A stretch of 63,508 bases of DNA, the filler included, from Squatina squatina (lineage: Eukaryota): the NCBI GenBank assembly GCA_031763465.1. It is 4 parts of 4 records of this genome, joined end to end, with 100 filler letters (N's around TTAATTAATTAA, not from the genome) between each part and the next. Parts side by side here need not be neighbours in the genome. Positions count along the whole stretch, not along the records: positions 15,279 to 29,360 come from JARFOE010000233.1; positions 29,461 to 49,684 come from JARFOE010000176.1; 2 more parts are not named here. One strand, 5' to 3'. How positions within the stretch are numbered: the first letter of the stretch is position 1; the number at the start of each line of letters is the position of its first letter. Below, one piece after another: positions 25,366-37,970 of the stretch. The notes beneath the pieces were generated by a model. It searched no databases, was not told the origin of the DNA, and was given only the letters and a program-made list of their open reading frames with translations. Position numbers and translations under genes: made by a program.

Positions 25366-26804
25366 CTACAGTAACAAAGTAAAATTGTTCAACACTAAGG
25401 GTTCCAAGCCTAAAATAACACAGAGCAAGAAAGATTAAAAGAATACAAACATTTCTTTCTTTGGAATGATACCCGTTCTTTTTTCTTTCCCAGTTTGAGT
25501 CTCATGCAGATCTGGGGGTTTTTAAATTTATGTATTCACTTATTTCTCCATCAATGGTAATAAAAACACGAGATTATGCAACGATGGATGTTCTCTATAT
25601 CAATATTTTATGCTAATTGATAAAGCTAAATCTGATTCTGCTATGTAATACCAATCATTTGAAAGTATTACTGAGCATTGTATTGGCAAGGGTCCACTGT
25701 TCATAAACCTTACAAGTCTTACAAGGTGCTGATGAATATTCATAATGACTTTGAAAATTTCTTATGCATTCAATTCAGTCATTCAGCTACTGGCCTTTTA
25801 TTGGGAAACAGACATTTGATGCAGTAGTCACCCCAGCTTCCACCAAGATCTCNNNNNNNNNNNNNNNNNNNNNNNNNNNNNNNNNNNNNNNNNNNNNNNN
25901 NNNNNNNNNNNNNNNNNNNNNNNNNNNNNNNNNNNNNNNNNNNNNNNNNNNNCAAACTTACACAGAGCCAGTAGAAATAATCGGCAACTAACCTGAGAGT
26001 GCTTGCTGATCCCTTTAAATATGCGAGGTTAAGGCAGGGTGTAGCTCCAGTTTTGAGGACGAAAATGGCAGTGCTGGTGTCAAATCAGCATTGCACGCTG
26101 ATTGACATCACCATCTACCCACTCTACATACTTCCAGCACACGCACCTAATGCCCATCCTACTACCCCCACCAAAATGGCGTCCGGCCCAGCCTACACCG
26201 ACAGTGCGCATGCATGATCGGATGCCATTTTCGACACAAAATGGTACCCGTCGCTCCAAATTTCTAGCCCCAACAACAATTCTGCAGATGTAAACTGTGT
26301 AGATTTATCTTATTATCCAGTTATCATCCCAGCAATCCAATCACTGAGCAGTGGCAGAGAGACAATAGTTAAAAGATAAGGTATGTCAGAAGAACAGCTT
26401 GATGCTAATCCATTATTATCTCCATTTTAAGCAGCATTACTGAAGAGTGCCATCCAATAATTTCAATTGATGTCACGCTATCTGATTGAGCAAATGAATC
26501 ACGACTTTTTTACAATTGATATTTTTAAATAACCGATGTGGGCACTGACTTTTCAAGCCCACACAATGTTTTTGTAAGTAAAATAAAACTTACTCATCAC
26601 CTCAGAATTGCTACCGCCCTTTAAAGGTTTGTATTATTCCAAACCTCAGCAATTTTTATTCAAAGAAAGACAGGTCAAGATTTAACTTATGTAACTTATG
26701 GAACTTGGTGAATCAAAACATGGTTTAGGTTGGATGATCTAACGCAATCACTCTTGGCAGTGTTTTTGTTCCAAATGTAATGCCAATGTAAAAATGAAGT
26801 GCAG

Positions 26805-26990
26805 TGTCACAAAGGTTTACTTCCACCTCTGTGACATTACCCATCTCCACCTCTACCTCAGCTCATCTGCTGTCAAAACCGACGTTCATGCTTTTGTCAG
26901 CTCCAGACTCAACTATTCCAATGCTCTCTTGGCCCAGCCTCCCATCCTCCACCCTGTAAACCTCAGTTCATCCAAAACTCTGTTGCCTAT
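26805..26990 (+). mobile_element. L2-type LINE fragment
   Basis: VHAFVSSRLNYSNALLA motif. Confidence 0.75.
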
Positions 26991-28947
26991 NNNNNNNNNN
27001 NNNNNNNNNNNNNNNNNNNNNNNNNNNNNNNNNNNNNNNNNNNNNNNNNNNNNNNNNNNNNNNNNNNNNNNNNNNNNNNNNNNNNNNNNNAAACATTAAA
27101 TAACAGCTGTCATTTTTCAGCTTATGTGAATTTTGTTGAACCAACTTTAGCTGTCAAATCAAACATAAGATTCTTTCCTCTGTTACACTTGTGCACTGCT
27201 GCAGGTAATGTTCCCTGGTCATGAATTCAGGTTCATCATGATTCATTGCACGGCAATGCAATGTTGACATTGCACAATTCGTTGTGGAGCATATAAGCCA
27301 CATTAATGGACCAGACTGCAGTTATAGTGCAATTGGCTCCACACAAGTACAAGGTTACATTAATACACTGTAATGGTTTTGTTTTGTTCTAGTGAATGCA
27401 GTAGTTAAACTACACTTTTTACTTTTGTAACTGGAATTTGACAAACATTGGCGTAGTATTCACAAGAGACTAGTATAACGGGTAAACTACTTTAAAATCG
27501 AGGTATTATGTTTCGTACCAGGCTTTGTAAGACACAGAGGCCTTTTATTAATGCAACGTTGAGTTCCCTTCATTACACTTCTAAGTTAGCACTAAATTGA
27601 TTATTTCTAAACATCATACTTCCAATGATCCCATGACGCAAAGAACCAGGATAGAAATTCCACCTGTCATTTTGGTGCCACCATGGCCCTGTACCAAACA
27701 TGGGGTCATTGCCATACTAGACGTGAGCACATGTGCTAGTAGAGGAATAACAGAGAATGCCAACCTAGCACAGCAGTCAGAATCTCGGAGCAGCACTTTT
27801 CCAAGAGGGGTCACCACAGGCTGGTTGGCACAAATTAATGAAGTGTTGCCAAACTCTTTGGAGAAACTTCTANNNNNNNNNNNNNNNNNNNNNNNNNNNN
27901 NNNNNNNNNNNNNNNNNNNNNNNNNNNNNNNNNNNNNNNNNNNNNNNNNNNNNNNNNNNNNNNNNNNNNNNNTGTTTTTATTAATATTCTGCCATAGTAC
28001 TTTTAAAATGTACTACTGACATTTAGCAAACAGTACCAGTTATGTCTGCTTTTTTTGTTAATGCTAAACTAAACCTGAACCAGACACTTTTAATCAACTT
28101 AAAGACAATACTACAGCAAAAGCCCCTAACTTCAGTTATCATAATCTAGTTGATATGGTAAGAGGTGATTATTATTAATTTTTGCCTGCTCTTTTAAAGG
28201 AACAAACATTCTTATTGAAGTATTTATCTAAATTATTTTGGCATAAAGCTATGGTAGCTGCATGACATAGTGTGCTTCAATCGTTTCAAATGGTAAGGAT
28301 TTACTTCTGCCAGTCAGTCTATAGAAAGAGCCCGATGCCAAGGAAAACATTGCAAGCATATTGAATAAGAAATAAGGGCTGTCAGGCTTATCACTTCTTC
28401 TTAATGTGATAAGATATAAATCCTGGCTTAGGCTGTCACTGAAATCAAGTAATGCCTTACCGGATCGCCACCAGATGCGAAGGAAATGGACTGCATATGA
28501 TGATTTGCTATAATCTGTTGGATCAGAACCAAAAACATAAACCATTAATCAAAGGGCTTCTCCCTCGAGAGAACTTATAAACTAGGGTCAGATAAATAAC
28601 GTCAAAAATGGTAAAGTTTGTGAATCAGGAGCAGTTGAAGGCACACACAAAGAGATAGTAATATGACCAAGTAATATCATCAAGCATACTGAACCGATCT
28701 CTCCCCCCCCTTCCCAGCATTGCTGTTGTTATTGGAAGAAATAGTTATCTGAAATAGGAAGCTGCTTTCAAGGAGCTGGCAAAAAGCAATTGTGTATAGG
28801 GTTGAGTCTCCTTGTTACTTTAGTGCCATCTCAACAAAACTCTTCATTGCTCTAAGTTCTCTGCAGGTGATTGGAATGATGCTGTTTCCCCTCTCTGAAC
28901 CTTTCTAATGCATTTACAGCAAAGCACTGTGTATCTTCTACACTAAT

Positions 28948-29360
28948 TGGCCGCGATCTTGCCGGCGCTCAGAGTTTGGAGGCAAAATGATTGACAGCAG
29001 TTTGGTATCCTGCTCCGAACACGTCCCCTTGTCAGTTTCTCCAAGTGTTGGGTCTGTCATGCCTGAAGAGACCCGACACCAAGCGGCGGGTCAGCCAATT
29101 TAGATAGTTAAAAGCTTGTTAAAAGGTAGTTAAGCAGGATCTTACCATCTACTTACCATTTTACCAGTTTTTAACAATTTATTCGGATGGCTGGTAATAC
29201 GTCAGTTAAGTAGGGTGGGTATTGTGTCAGCATGGAATGATTCATAGTCTGACAGCTGCAAATGGTTATGAAATCTCCAATTTCATAGGTCTTCACTTTC
29301 CAAGCTTAGAAGCTATTGCTTACTGCATTTAGAACCAGATTGACCTTTATGCAGCTAGCA
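28948..29360 (+). mobile_element. Dispersed repeat copy B
   Basis: Colinear with 22721-23143 from the same start TGGCC..ATCTT. Confidence 0.8.
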
Positions 29361-29460
29361 NNNNNNNNNNNNNNNNNNNNNNNNNNNNNNNNNNNNNNNN
29401 NNNNTTAATTAATTAANNNNNNNNNNNNNNNNNNNNNNNNNNNNNNNNNNNNNNNNNNNN
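29361..29460. other. Artificial concatenation linker
   Basis: 44N + TTAATTAATTAA (29405-29416) + 44N. Confidence 0.95.
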
Positions 29461-29536
29461 CAAGACCATGGTGGAAACAAAGAAAGTAACAAGTTCGGGT
29501 GTTTTGCTACTTGACAATTACACAGATAGAATACAG
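29461..29536 (+). CDS. PDE4B: PDE4B catalytic-domain exon (5'-truncated)
   Basis: [25 protein letters not shown] then gtatgt donor. Confidence 0.93.
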
Positions 29537-30253
29537 GTATGTACCATGATGCATAGCACCTGTGCTATAAAGGATATAAAGCATGGATGATAAAAGCAAC
29601 TGATTGGCAGCAGCCAAATAAATCAGCTCTCTTACTTTAATCTGGACATCCTCACGTTAGCTAACAGTAGTGCAAGATTCCCAATCTAGCAAAATGAGTT
29701 GATTTGCTGTTTTTATAGAAGACCATAGCACAGGTTCCCCTGGCAGCCAACATGCAGCTGGATCAATCTTTAAATTCTGGGCTTTTAACTGTTTGGGAGG
29801 TGGACTTGTAAGTCAATGTTCAGCAAATAAAACTTTTTAAAATATTCCCACCTCTGAAATGGAAGGTGAAGCCAGAATAACATGGAAGTAGAAGGTTTAA
29901 AACTTAATTTCTTAAAGGAATAAAGGTTAGGAAATGATAAAAGGTAGCATATAGCTTTCAAATAGGATTAACAAAATAGTAAAATAAAGTTTTAAGCAAT
30001 AAGAATTGTTCATGTAGAAAGAAAGATACACCGACAAAGCAAGCAGAATTGATGTGTAATTCATTTACTTGTCGTTGAAATTGTATGTTTGATGCTTATT
30101 CTTGTAAATTACATGATAAACCTGATTTTTGAGTAGCTTTATTTTTAGCTTTTATATCAACCTGCCTATAACGATGATGCTATTATAAGATAATTCTGTG
30201 ATATATTTTATTTCGGAAGCTTCTAAACAAGCCCTCTGTTGCTTTGGTTCCAG

Positions 30254-30436
30254 GTTCTTCGAAACATGGTGCACTGTGCCGATCTGAGCAATCCCACAAA
30301 GTCCCTGGAGCTGTACAGGCAGTGGACAGATCGGATCATGGATGAATTCTTTCACCAGGGAGACAAAGAACGGGAACGAGGCATGGAAATCAGCCCAATG
30401 TGTGACAAGCACACAGCAATAGTTGAAAAATCCCAG
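30254..30436 (+). CDS. PDE4B: PDE4B catalytic-domain exon
   Basis: [61 protein letters not shown]; 183 nt, cag/gtaggt, phase 0-0. Confidence 0.95.
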
Positions 30437-30830
30437 GTAGGTGATAACTACTGCAGTTGTCAAGCAAAGTGTTCAAACTCTTGAGCAGTTATATTAGTAT
30501 AACTTCCTTGCTTTTGTACTCTGTGTCTCTATTTATAATGCCAAAGATCCCATATGCCTTTTTAGCAGCTTTAACAACCTGTCCTACCATCTTCAAAGAT
30601 TTGTGTACTTAAACCCCAAGGTACACTTTAATCAAATGGTTTAAATACAAATAATGTATAATCAAAATGCAGTGAATATAAGAATAACCTGCAGTTGTTA
30701 TACTCTGATTCTTTCTTTTGTAATATTTATATAATTTATCTTGTGAAATATATGGGATTAATTTTATTTTAATTTATTTTAGTTACAGACTGTTGTAAAT
30801 ATGTTGTTTTATATCAATCTTTTTGCCTAG

Positions 30831-31019
30831 GTTGGATTCATTGACTATATTGCACACCCTTTATGGGAAACGTGGGCTGACCTTGTTCATCCGGATGCTC
30901 AGGATATACTAGACACATTAGAGGACAATAGAAATTGGTATCAGAGCATGATCCCCCAGAGCCCATCGCCTTCCCCTGATGAGCAAGAGAAAGTCATGGA
31001 GCCTTCACAGCTGCACTGA
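30831..31019 (+). CDS. PDE4B: PDE4B exon completing the catalytic domain; reads into a stop at 31017-31019
   Basis: [54 protein letters not shown] then VMEPSQLH*; similarity ends near 30992, so the 3' boundary is uncertain. Confidence 0.85.
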   Translation, partial: VGFIDYIAHPLWETWADLVHPDAQDILDTLEDNRNWYQSMIPQSPSPSPDEQEKVMEPSQLH

Positions 31020-32363
31020 GAGAGTAATGCTGAAGTGAAATTTCATGCCTCTGGATTTAATGGAAGGTTAGTGTGACAATCTCCATTGTGCTCTCCAGCC
31101 CACACAGGTGGCTTTCCAGCAAAAGTCAATGGATAGTGATTCGAAGTGGGATCCCTGACTGAGTATCCGCTTCCTAACCAATTAGATCATCCTTATCGTA
31201 AACCAGCTGACGCCAGAGAATCCAACACAAACTGGGGAAAGAATGTGGGATCTTTCTGGTCTTCATAGTTCACCTACTCACTGCCGAAACATGGTGAGTT
31301 CATTAGGGAGCCATGGTGAAATGATTCTGTGTGAATATATAACATTAGGATTCATACCAAATAAAACATGTAGCAGGCTTCACTCTGAAACTATAGCCAN
31401 NNNNNNNNNTCCCCTTCCCGAGCCCAGGGACGCTGAGGTGAATTCTAGCACCCCTATGGTGCCTTGGCTGAGACTGGGTAACTCAGCACAGACCGAAGAA
31501 GAGGTAAATATTGGTCAGGACATCGGGGAGAACTCCCCTGCTCTTTTTCCTATATGTGGGACCTTCTAGTCCGAGTAGCTATTGTACGCTCTATGTCTAA
31601 ACTACTGCAGAAATATATGAATACAAAGAACGTTTTTCATTCCTTCTGTGTCCTGGTTTAGTGTTATTCTGTGCAGAATATGAAGCCAGAGGAGCTGTCA
31701 CACTGATAGAGGAGGTGCTCAATGAAGATGTGGAGTACAAATAAAGGTAAACATGTGCGAAGGGGAATGCGGCCTCTCTGAGAGTCACAGGAATCATGTT
31801 AAATATTTTTCTTTTCAGTTTTTAAGTATTCCACTCAATAAGTTGATTGCCCTGCTGGAGAAAAGCTGGTGAATTTCTGAAATAATGTGCTCCTGGGGCA
31901 GGTTTATATTGCATGTTTAGCTAAGAGTGACACAGTTTTATTACTGCTTTAATACACAATAGCTGTAAGCGATTCCAGAGTGCTCATAATGTGCACTGAA
32001 GGGCTGTTTTTTAATGGCTTCAGATACAAGTAATGACACTGAGAGCACTCTGGGACATAGTCAGCATCCAAACTGAAACGTACAAGAAACTGTAAAACCG
32101 TGANNNNNNNNNNNNNNNNNNNNNNNNNNNNNNNNNNNNNNNNNNNNNNNNNNNNNNNNNNNNNNNNNNNNNNNNNNNNNNNNNNNNNNNNNNNNNNNNN
32201 NNNNNNNNNNNNNNNNNNNNNNNNNNNNNNNNNNNNNNNNNNNNNNNNNNNNNNNNNNNNNNNNNNNNNNNNNNNNNNNNNNNNNNNNNNNNNNNNNNNN
32301 NNNNNNNNNNNNNNNNNNNNNNNNNNNNNNNNNNNNNNNNNNNNNNNNNNNNNNNNNNNNNNN

Positions 32364-32477
32364 CAGAGTTGTGAAACAAAGATATTTGTTGCACTGGAGT
32401 CGGAACGCCAGGAGACTGAGGTGGAGGAGACACCAGCAGATCCCCTCGCTGAAGACACGGCACCTGTAGATACGTAA
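32364..32477 (+). CDS. PDE4B: PDE4B C-terminal coding segment (5' part in gap)
   Basis: QSCETKIFVALESERQETEVEETPADPLAEDTAPVDT*; the PVDT* end matches the PDE4B C-terminus; SGIP1 downstream supports the B paralog. Confidence 0.8.
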   Translation, partial: QSCETKIFVALESERQETEVEETPADPLAEDTAPVDT

Positions 32478-33439
32478 ATACTCTGCAAAAGTGGACATTT
32501 GCTTATTGTCGCGTGCACAAATTACCTGTAGGGGAAAAACCTATGATGTGGGTTTTAAACCCAAGGTAGACTTTTGCAAATGAAAGCTTACCACCCTGGT
32601 TCAGATGATGAACTAACATTGATGGCAAGATTGGAGGGCCAAAGGTAGATGAAACATTTAGGAATTTTGAAGTATGGGCTTAACTGCAAGCCATGTTTAT
32701 TTGAAACTGGTGAACAAAAGCCGTCCAAGATTTAACTGGGGATGAGCATGCAAATGAATGACACAACACTGAGAGATTTTGTACTGCAAGACACTGAAAC
32801 TATATGCCAGTCTCAACAATATGAACTAGCTTATTCATGTAGGAAACTGTTCTCTGTTCAGTAAATGATGTCTTAGGACTGTGTGCCTTTAGAAAAATGT
32901 TTTTGTCCTTCTGAAAGTGTTTTATTTAATTGAACACAATTTACTAAAGTCCTAACAAAACTTTTCTACATATAAAGAACAGTGGCACGAACAAATCAAT
33001 TTATAATTCTTTTCAAAATTAAGAGAAATGAGAATTAAGTCTTCCGGTTCCCTTCATAGACAGAATGGCAATACTTTACAGTTACCTGCAAACTGCTTTT
33101 AAAAATGTATTCTTTGGTGCATCTTTACTTTGAAATTTAAAAAGGGACAAACAGTTCATAGCCTATTTTAAAAGTATCCCAAAAAATGTTAGTAATAAAA
33201 CATTTTCTTTTTTATATCTAGCTTTTTTAAAAATAAATTTTTTGGGAGATTTTAAGTACTTGCTTATTGCACACTGCCACAATCCTACTCGTAGGAGGAA
33301 AGGCAAGTTAATATTGATTAATGAAAGTTTGATGATCTAACCATAATGTGAAGAAATTGCTCCCTTGAAAAGTAATTAAATGGTAAGTGATAGTCCCAAG
33401 TCACTACCTGTTGTGTAGTTAAAAGGATATAGGTGAGGA

Positions 33440-33745
33440 GATTGGGTGGTTCAATAGGTTCAAACACAGCTTTTCACCTCAAGGGCATGAGTTTGAATCC
33501 AGCCCGGTCTGATGGGTTGAAAGTCCCCTATCTCTGCTGAATCCTAAGCTATGAGAATTTGGGGCAGTCTCATATCTGCCATGGACCCACAGCATTTAAT
33601 TGCTCACAAGTCCAGAGATTTGGGTCTAATTGTAAGTTACTGTGATGGATGGTTTGGGAGATGAAAAGATTCTCAAGATCATACAGATAAGGGAGACCAT
33701 TCAACCTATTTTAGCTAATCCATGCTCAATAATAAAACAGGCCAT

Positions 33746-33794
<49 letters not shown>

Positions 33795-34030
33795 NNNNNN
33801 NNNNNNNNNNNNNNNNNNNNNNNNNNNNNNNNNNNNNNNNNNNNNNNNNNNNNNNNNNNNNNNNNNNNNNNNNNNNNNNNNNNNNNNNNNNNNNATGCCA
33901 TTTAACTTTTTAAAAAAAAACATTCATATTAGTGCAGTTGTGGATGTTCTTCTGAGGTGGTTAAAGCCTGCTGTTGAGGCAAAGTAAAGGGAGCTTTCCA
34001 ATGCAACTAGTCTGTTTTATACCTGCTTAG
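33440..34030 (+). mobile_element. Degenerate LF-SINE-like element downstream of the PDE4B stop (interrupted by gap)
   Basis: gcttttcacctc..gtttgaatccagccc head and gttgaggca..gggagcttt tail motif resemble the recalled LF-SINE consensus. Confidence 0.4.
33746..33794 (+). repeat. Poly-G run abutting a gap (probable sequencing artefact)
   Basis: About 49 G ending directly at an N gap. Confidence 0.8.
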
Positions 34031-36064
34031 AAATGTTTAATAATAACACTGGGTGCCTGAAATGGTACAGTTACATTTCCCAGAACTGGGGTCCCTATCT
34101 TGATAAATACAAAAATATAAATCAAAAAGGAATGGTAGAGACATTATGCTGCTTCTACATTCAATATATTAAATGAACTAAACCCAACGAATGCGGGCCA
34201 TTATATTGCTTTTCTCACATTTCCCTATAATTTCCTAATTCTCTGCTGGAAACATTCTGCAGTGGTATTTGTGTTGCCATGACAATTTTCAGCTTTGCAA
34301 AATGGATAAATCGCTGAGAGCTGGGACTTCCTCTTTGTAAAGATACCATTTTCATCAACAATTTTTATAATTCTAGTAACCTAACAGCTATTTGATTCCA
34401 GTTTGAGTTAGCATAACATTTCTTAATCCCCTGAGAACAGAACAGAATTTCTTGTTTTTCTAAATCATAAATATATGCTGGAAAATTGTTCATTAGTAAT
34501 ACATATTAACTGCGGACATTAATAAGATGAAACAAATTATTCTTGTAATGAATTAACAAGTGCAATGTCTGATACTTATCACTGGGGGGAGGGGGGAGAA
34601 ATATAGTGAATACTTTCTCATTCTGCTCTTGTTACAGGATAGGAGGTTTCAGCTCTTCTTCGGTTTCATACATTCTCATGACTATACCTCTTAAACAGAA
34701 TGATATTTTAGCACATGTACATTGTATGATCTGTGGTAGGCAAGGAACCCGCAACACCCTGTTACTATTAATGTTAGACATGGCCATCTACACTTTTAAA
34801 ATGCCTCATCATAGGGAAATAAATTCCACTGAATAGCCACATGTTTGGAGGCCATTAGTAGACTCCCCAATGCCCTGCAGTCACACCTTGTTCCTCTGTT
34901 TATACTTTAAAACCACTGCCCATTGTTCCTATTCATGATATTACAGTTGAAGAAAAACAAAATGTCTGTGTGCAGGCTGCTTCTAACCAACAGTTTTAAA
35001 ATATAAAACATAGCAACAAGACTTTGTATTGGGAGACACTAGTATGCATTTAAATATCTTTAAGTGCATCACGTAGGACTATTCACTTGAATGCACCTAC
35101 CCTTTAATTTATTTAAATGTATTTAAATTCTTATGTAAGTTTATATTTTTTGTTTTGTGTGCCATCCTTTGTACAGCACAGCAAACCACATTCTTAGAAC
35201 ATGTCCTCTTCTATTTAGAACCATGTATTTATATCATGTACATACTGTAATGTTTATTGTAAATTATTAATTTATACATTAACATTGCCTGTAAAGTGGT
35301 GGTGTTACTGTGTAGAAAATCCCAGGTAAGAGTTCCCTTCTTACCTTTTTTTTATTATTGTGTAATATAGAATAACCTGAACAGTAGTGATAAAGAGACA
35401 TATGGAACCCAGAGATATTTGTGTCGAGGTTTTTCAGTTATCTAAAGTAATCCACCACAGATTACAATCTAAAACTATTTAATGTGCATCTGTGAAGCAA
35501 TGTCTGGGATAACTGTTCGGAACTTAAAGCTATACAACAAAAAAACCTTTTTCCTCCTCACCCCCTCAGCTTATAGTAAATGTTTATCCCAACTCTTCTG
35601 AATACCAGCATTTTAGACATTTCTACTTCAAATGTAGATGAGTAATTAGGCACTTCTGCCTGTAAAATGTATTGTACTACTAATGGGTTTAGTGCTACAG
35701 TACATGTAGTGCACACGTTATGAAAATAAATGAGATCAATACACTAAAAAACACATGACTGGAAAAGATGAAGTCTCATTTCGACAAACGTAAGGCTTTT
35801 TTGCAGTGAAGATATCAAAGAGCTCACATTAAGCTGCCCAAGTCTGTTATAATTATGATTATTTCTGGCATTATTTTCATTAACTTGCATATTAATAACA
35901 ATTCAAACAAAATAATTTAAATTAACTTAATAAATGCTAAAATATCCATTTATCCTGTAGTTTGGCAGTCATTTTTGACCTTCCTAAAATAAAAAGTGAG
36001 GCATAACCTAAGCAGAACACTACAAGTATGGAAGCAACAACTTGCATTGATGTAGTGACTTCAG

Positions 36065-36254
36065 CTTTTTTTTATTTGTTCCTGGGATGTGGGCGTCACT
36101 GGCAAGGCCAGCATTTACTGCCCATCCCCAAGTGCCCACGAAAAGGTGATGGTGAAATGCCTTCTTGAACTGCTGCAGTCCATACAGTGAAGGTTAGTGC
36201 TGTTGATGAGGGAGCATAGAAAAAACATCCCAAAGTGCTTCACAGAAGCATAAT
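36065..36254 (-). mobile_element. Retroposon 3' fragments
   Basis: gggatgtgggcgtcactggcaaggccagcattta..cccatccc motif and an L2/SINE tail catcccaaagtgcttcacag. Confidence 0.5.
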
Positions 36255-37239
36255 NNNNNNNNNNNNNNNNNNNNNNNNNNNNNNNNNNNNNNNNNNNNNN
36301 NNNNNNNNNNNNNNNNNNNNNNNNNNNNNNNNNNNNNNNNNNNNNNNNNNNNNNGGTCATCCTCGACCCCGAGGGACTGCCTAAGAAGAAGATAAAAACG
36401 GGCAAGTCTGTAAAATAATAATGTTTCCCAATAGTTTACCCTTTGAACACACAGAAGGCCTAGTTTATCACTCTTGTTTCCTTAAATAATGCATGATTTA
36501 TTTTGCCTCAGCCTAACTCGTGATGAAGCTTAGAGATGTAAGCTTTGTATAGCAAATCCTACCCCTGCCCCCTGCTCCCCTCAATTCACTGTCCAAATCT
36601 CTCACTAATACTGCAGCTAGCCATAGTCCAGAAGGCATCAACTGTTCAGCTCCAGATGGAAAGGCAGCTTGAAGCTGTTTGAGTGGGAGGAGTAAGTGAT
36701 GCATCTGTCACAGAATGGGTTCGTCACATGGTGTTGAAGCATGACTGCTTCAGCTTGTTAATGAATTCAAAGGCACGGCTTTGCAAGTCATTTTTTTGGG
36801 CAGATTTCTTTGTGTTAACATGACAGTGGTATGGAGCTGCATTTAATCTGGTTTCCTGAGCTTGCTCCAAACGCTGCAGTTCCCCTAAGTCACGAGTTGC
36901 AAACTCTCATTCAGGTGTTGAAGTCAGAAAATAATCACAATGTACGCAGATACCATGGGGCCGACATTCCATGGCGCCGCATTTAAAACGCGTACGGGGC
37001 GGGAGCTGGCATTTTGCTCGCTGATGTCCTCCCTGCCCCGGCCCTCCCTGAATTTGCTGNNNNNNNNNNNNNNNNNNNNNNNNNNNNNNNNNNNNNNNNN
37101 NNNNNNNNNNNNNNNNNNNNNNNNNNNNNNNNNNNNNNNNNNNNNNNNNNNNNNNNNNNTGCACATTATTTCCAAGGTTCTCGTGAAGCAGCCTGGGAGG
37201 ATTTTTTTTCTCCATCATCCTTCTGGGGATAATTGTTTA

Positions 37240-37960
37240 TGATGTGACGTCAGTGGGATTGATTTCTCTTCAATGGCACAGAGAGAGAGAGAGAACAAGC
37301 AGAAATGTGCAGCAGCCTTCTGACAAAAGGACACATGCATTAGCTGTGCTGATTAACACAAGAACAGTGCTGTAGTTTAATTATTGCTGTTCAGCCGCAT
37401 TAACGCTACGATACTTAAAGAGGTTTTCTTTGCAGTTATTTTCCCTGATGCTCAGTAGTTGCCAGCTGACAGCATAGGTTTCTGCATTAATCTGACAGTG
37501 CTGATAATTAATCTTATCTGCCTGGCTAGCCGAGTAGGATTATAATACGGGGAAGTGCGTCACAAGGTATGAAGAGGGTTGTGTGTGTGTGTGTATACTC
37601 AAAGCAGAGAAAGGTGGGGAGGTGGCTTTTTCCTGTGTTCCCAAGGGGTATTGTGTCAGGAGATGGCAACCACGTGATTAGGTACGGAGCAAACGGGATT
37701 GGCTGAACCTAGCAGTTGTGTTGAGCTCAGCAAACTTTCTCTCCCTATCTTTTTTTCAGCATCGTTCTATGATCCCGTAGCTGACTTCAACAGTAGCATC
37801 CATGGCCTATAAGCACAGCATTTCAATTCTGTGCTGGCATCTGCAATAGCCAGGAGTTGTTGCTGGTCTTCGTTCCTGCTGAATTCATACGTGATAACTG
37901 GCCCCTGCTTTCCTGTGTCTTTCAGGACCTTTGGAGATTGAGGAATGCAATTCTGCCACC
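37240..37960 (+). promoter_or_regulatory. Putative SGIP1 promoter / 5' UTR region
   Basis: Transposon-free stretch upstream of the SGIP1 ATG with a perfect CRE TGACGTCA (37245-37252), E-box CACGTG (37671-37676), inverted CCAAT (37698-37702) and short (GA)n/(GT)n; TSS not determinable. Confidence 0.45.
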
Positions 37961-37970
37961 ATGATGGAAG
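37961..37970 (+). CDS. SGIP1: SGIP1 first coding exon (MME-G)
   Basis: Perfect Kozak GCCACC-ATGATGGAAG followed by donor gtaagc; SGIP1 begins MMEGLKKR; lies 3' of PDE4B as in human. Confidence 0.8.

Noticed and set aside
33746-33794. Poly-G as G-quadruplex or poly-Gly/Pro coding
   Set aside because: Pure homopolymer ending at a gap, typical of a sequencing or assembly artefact
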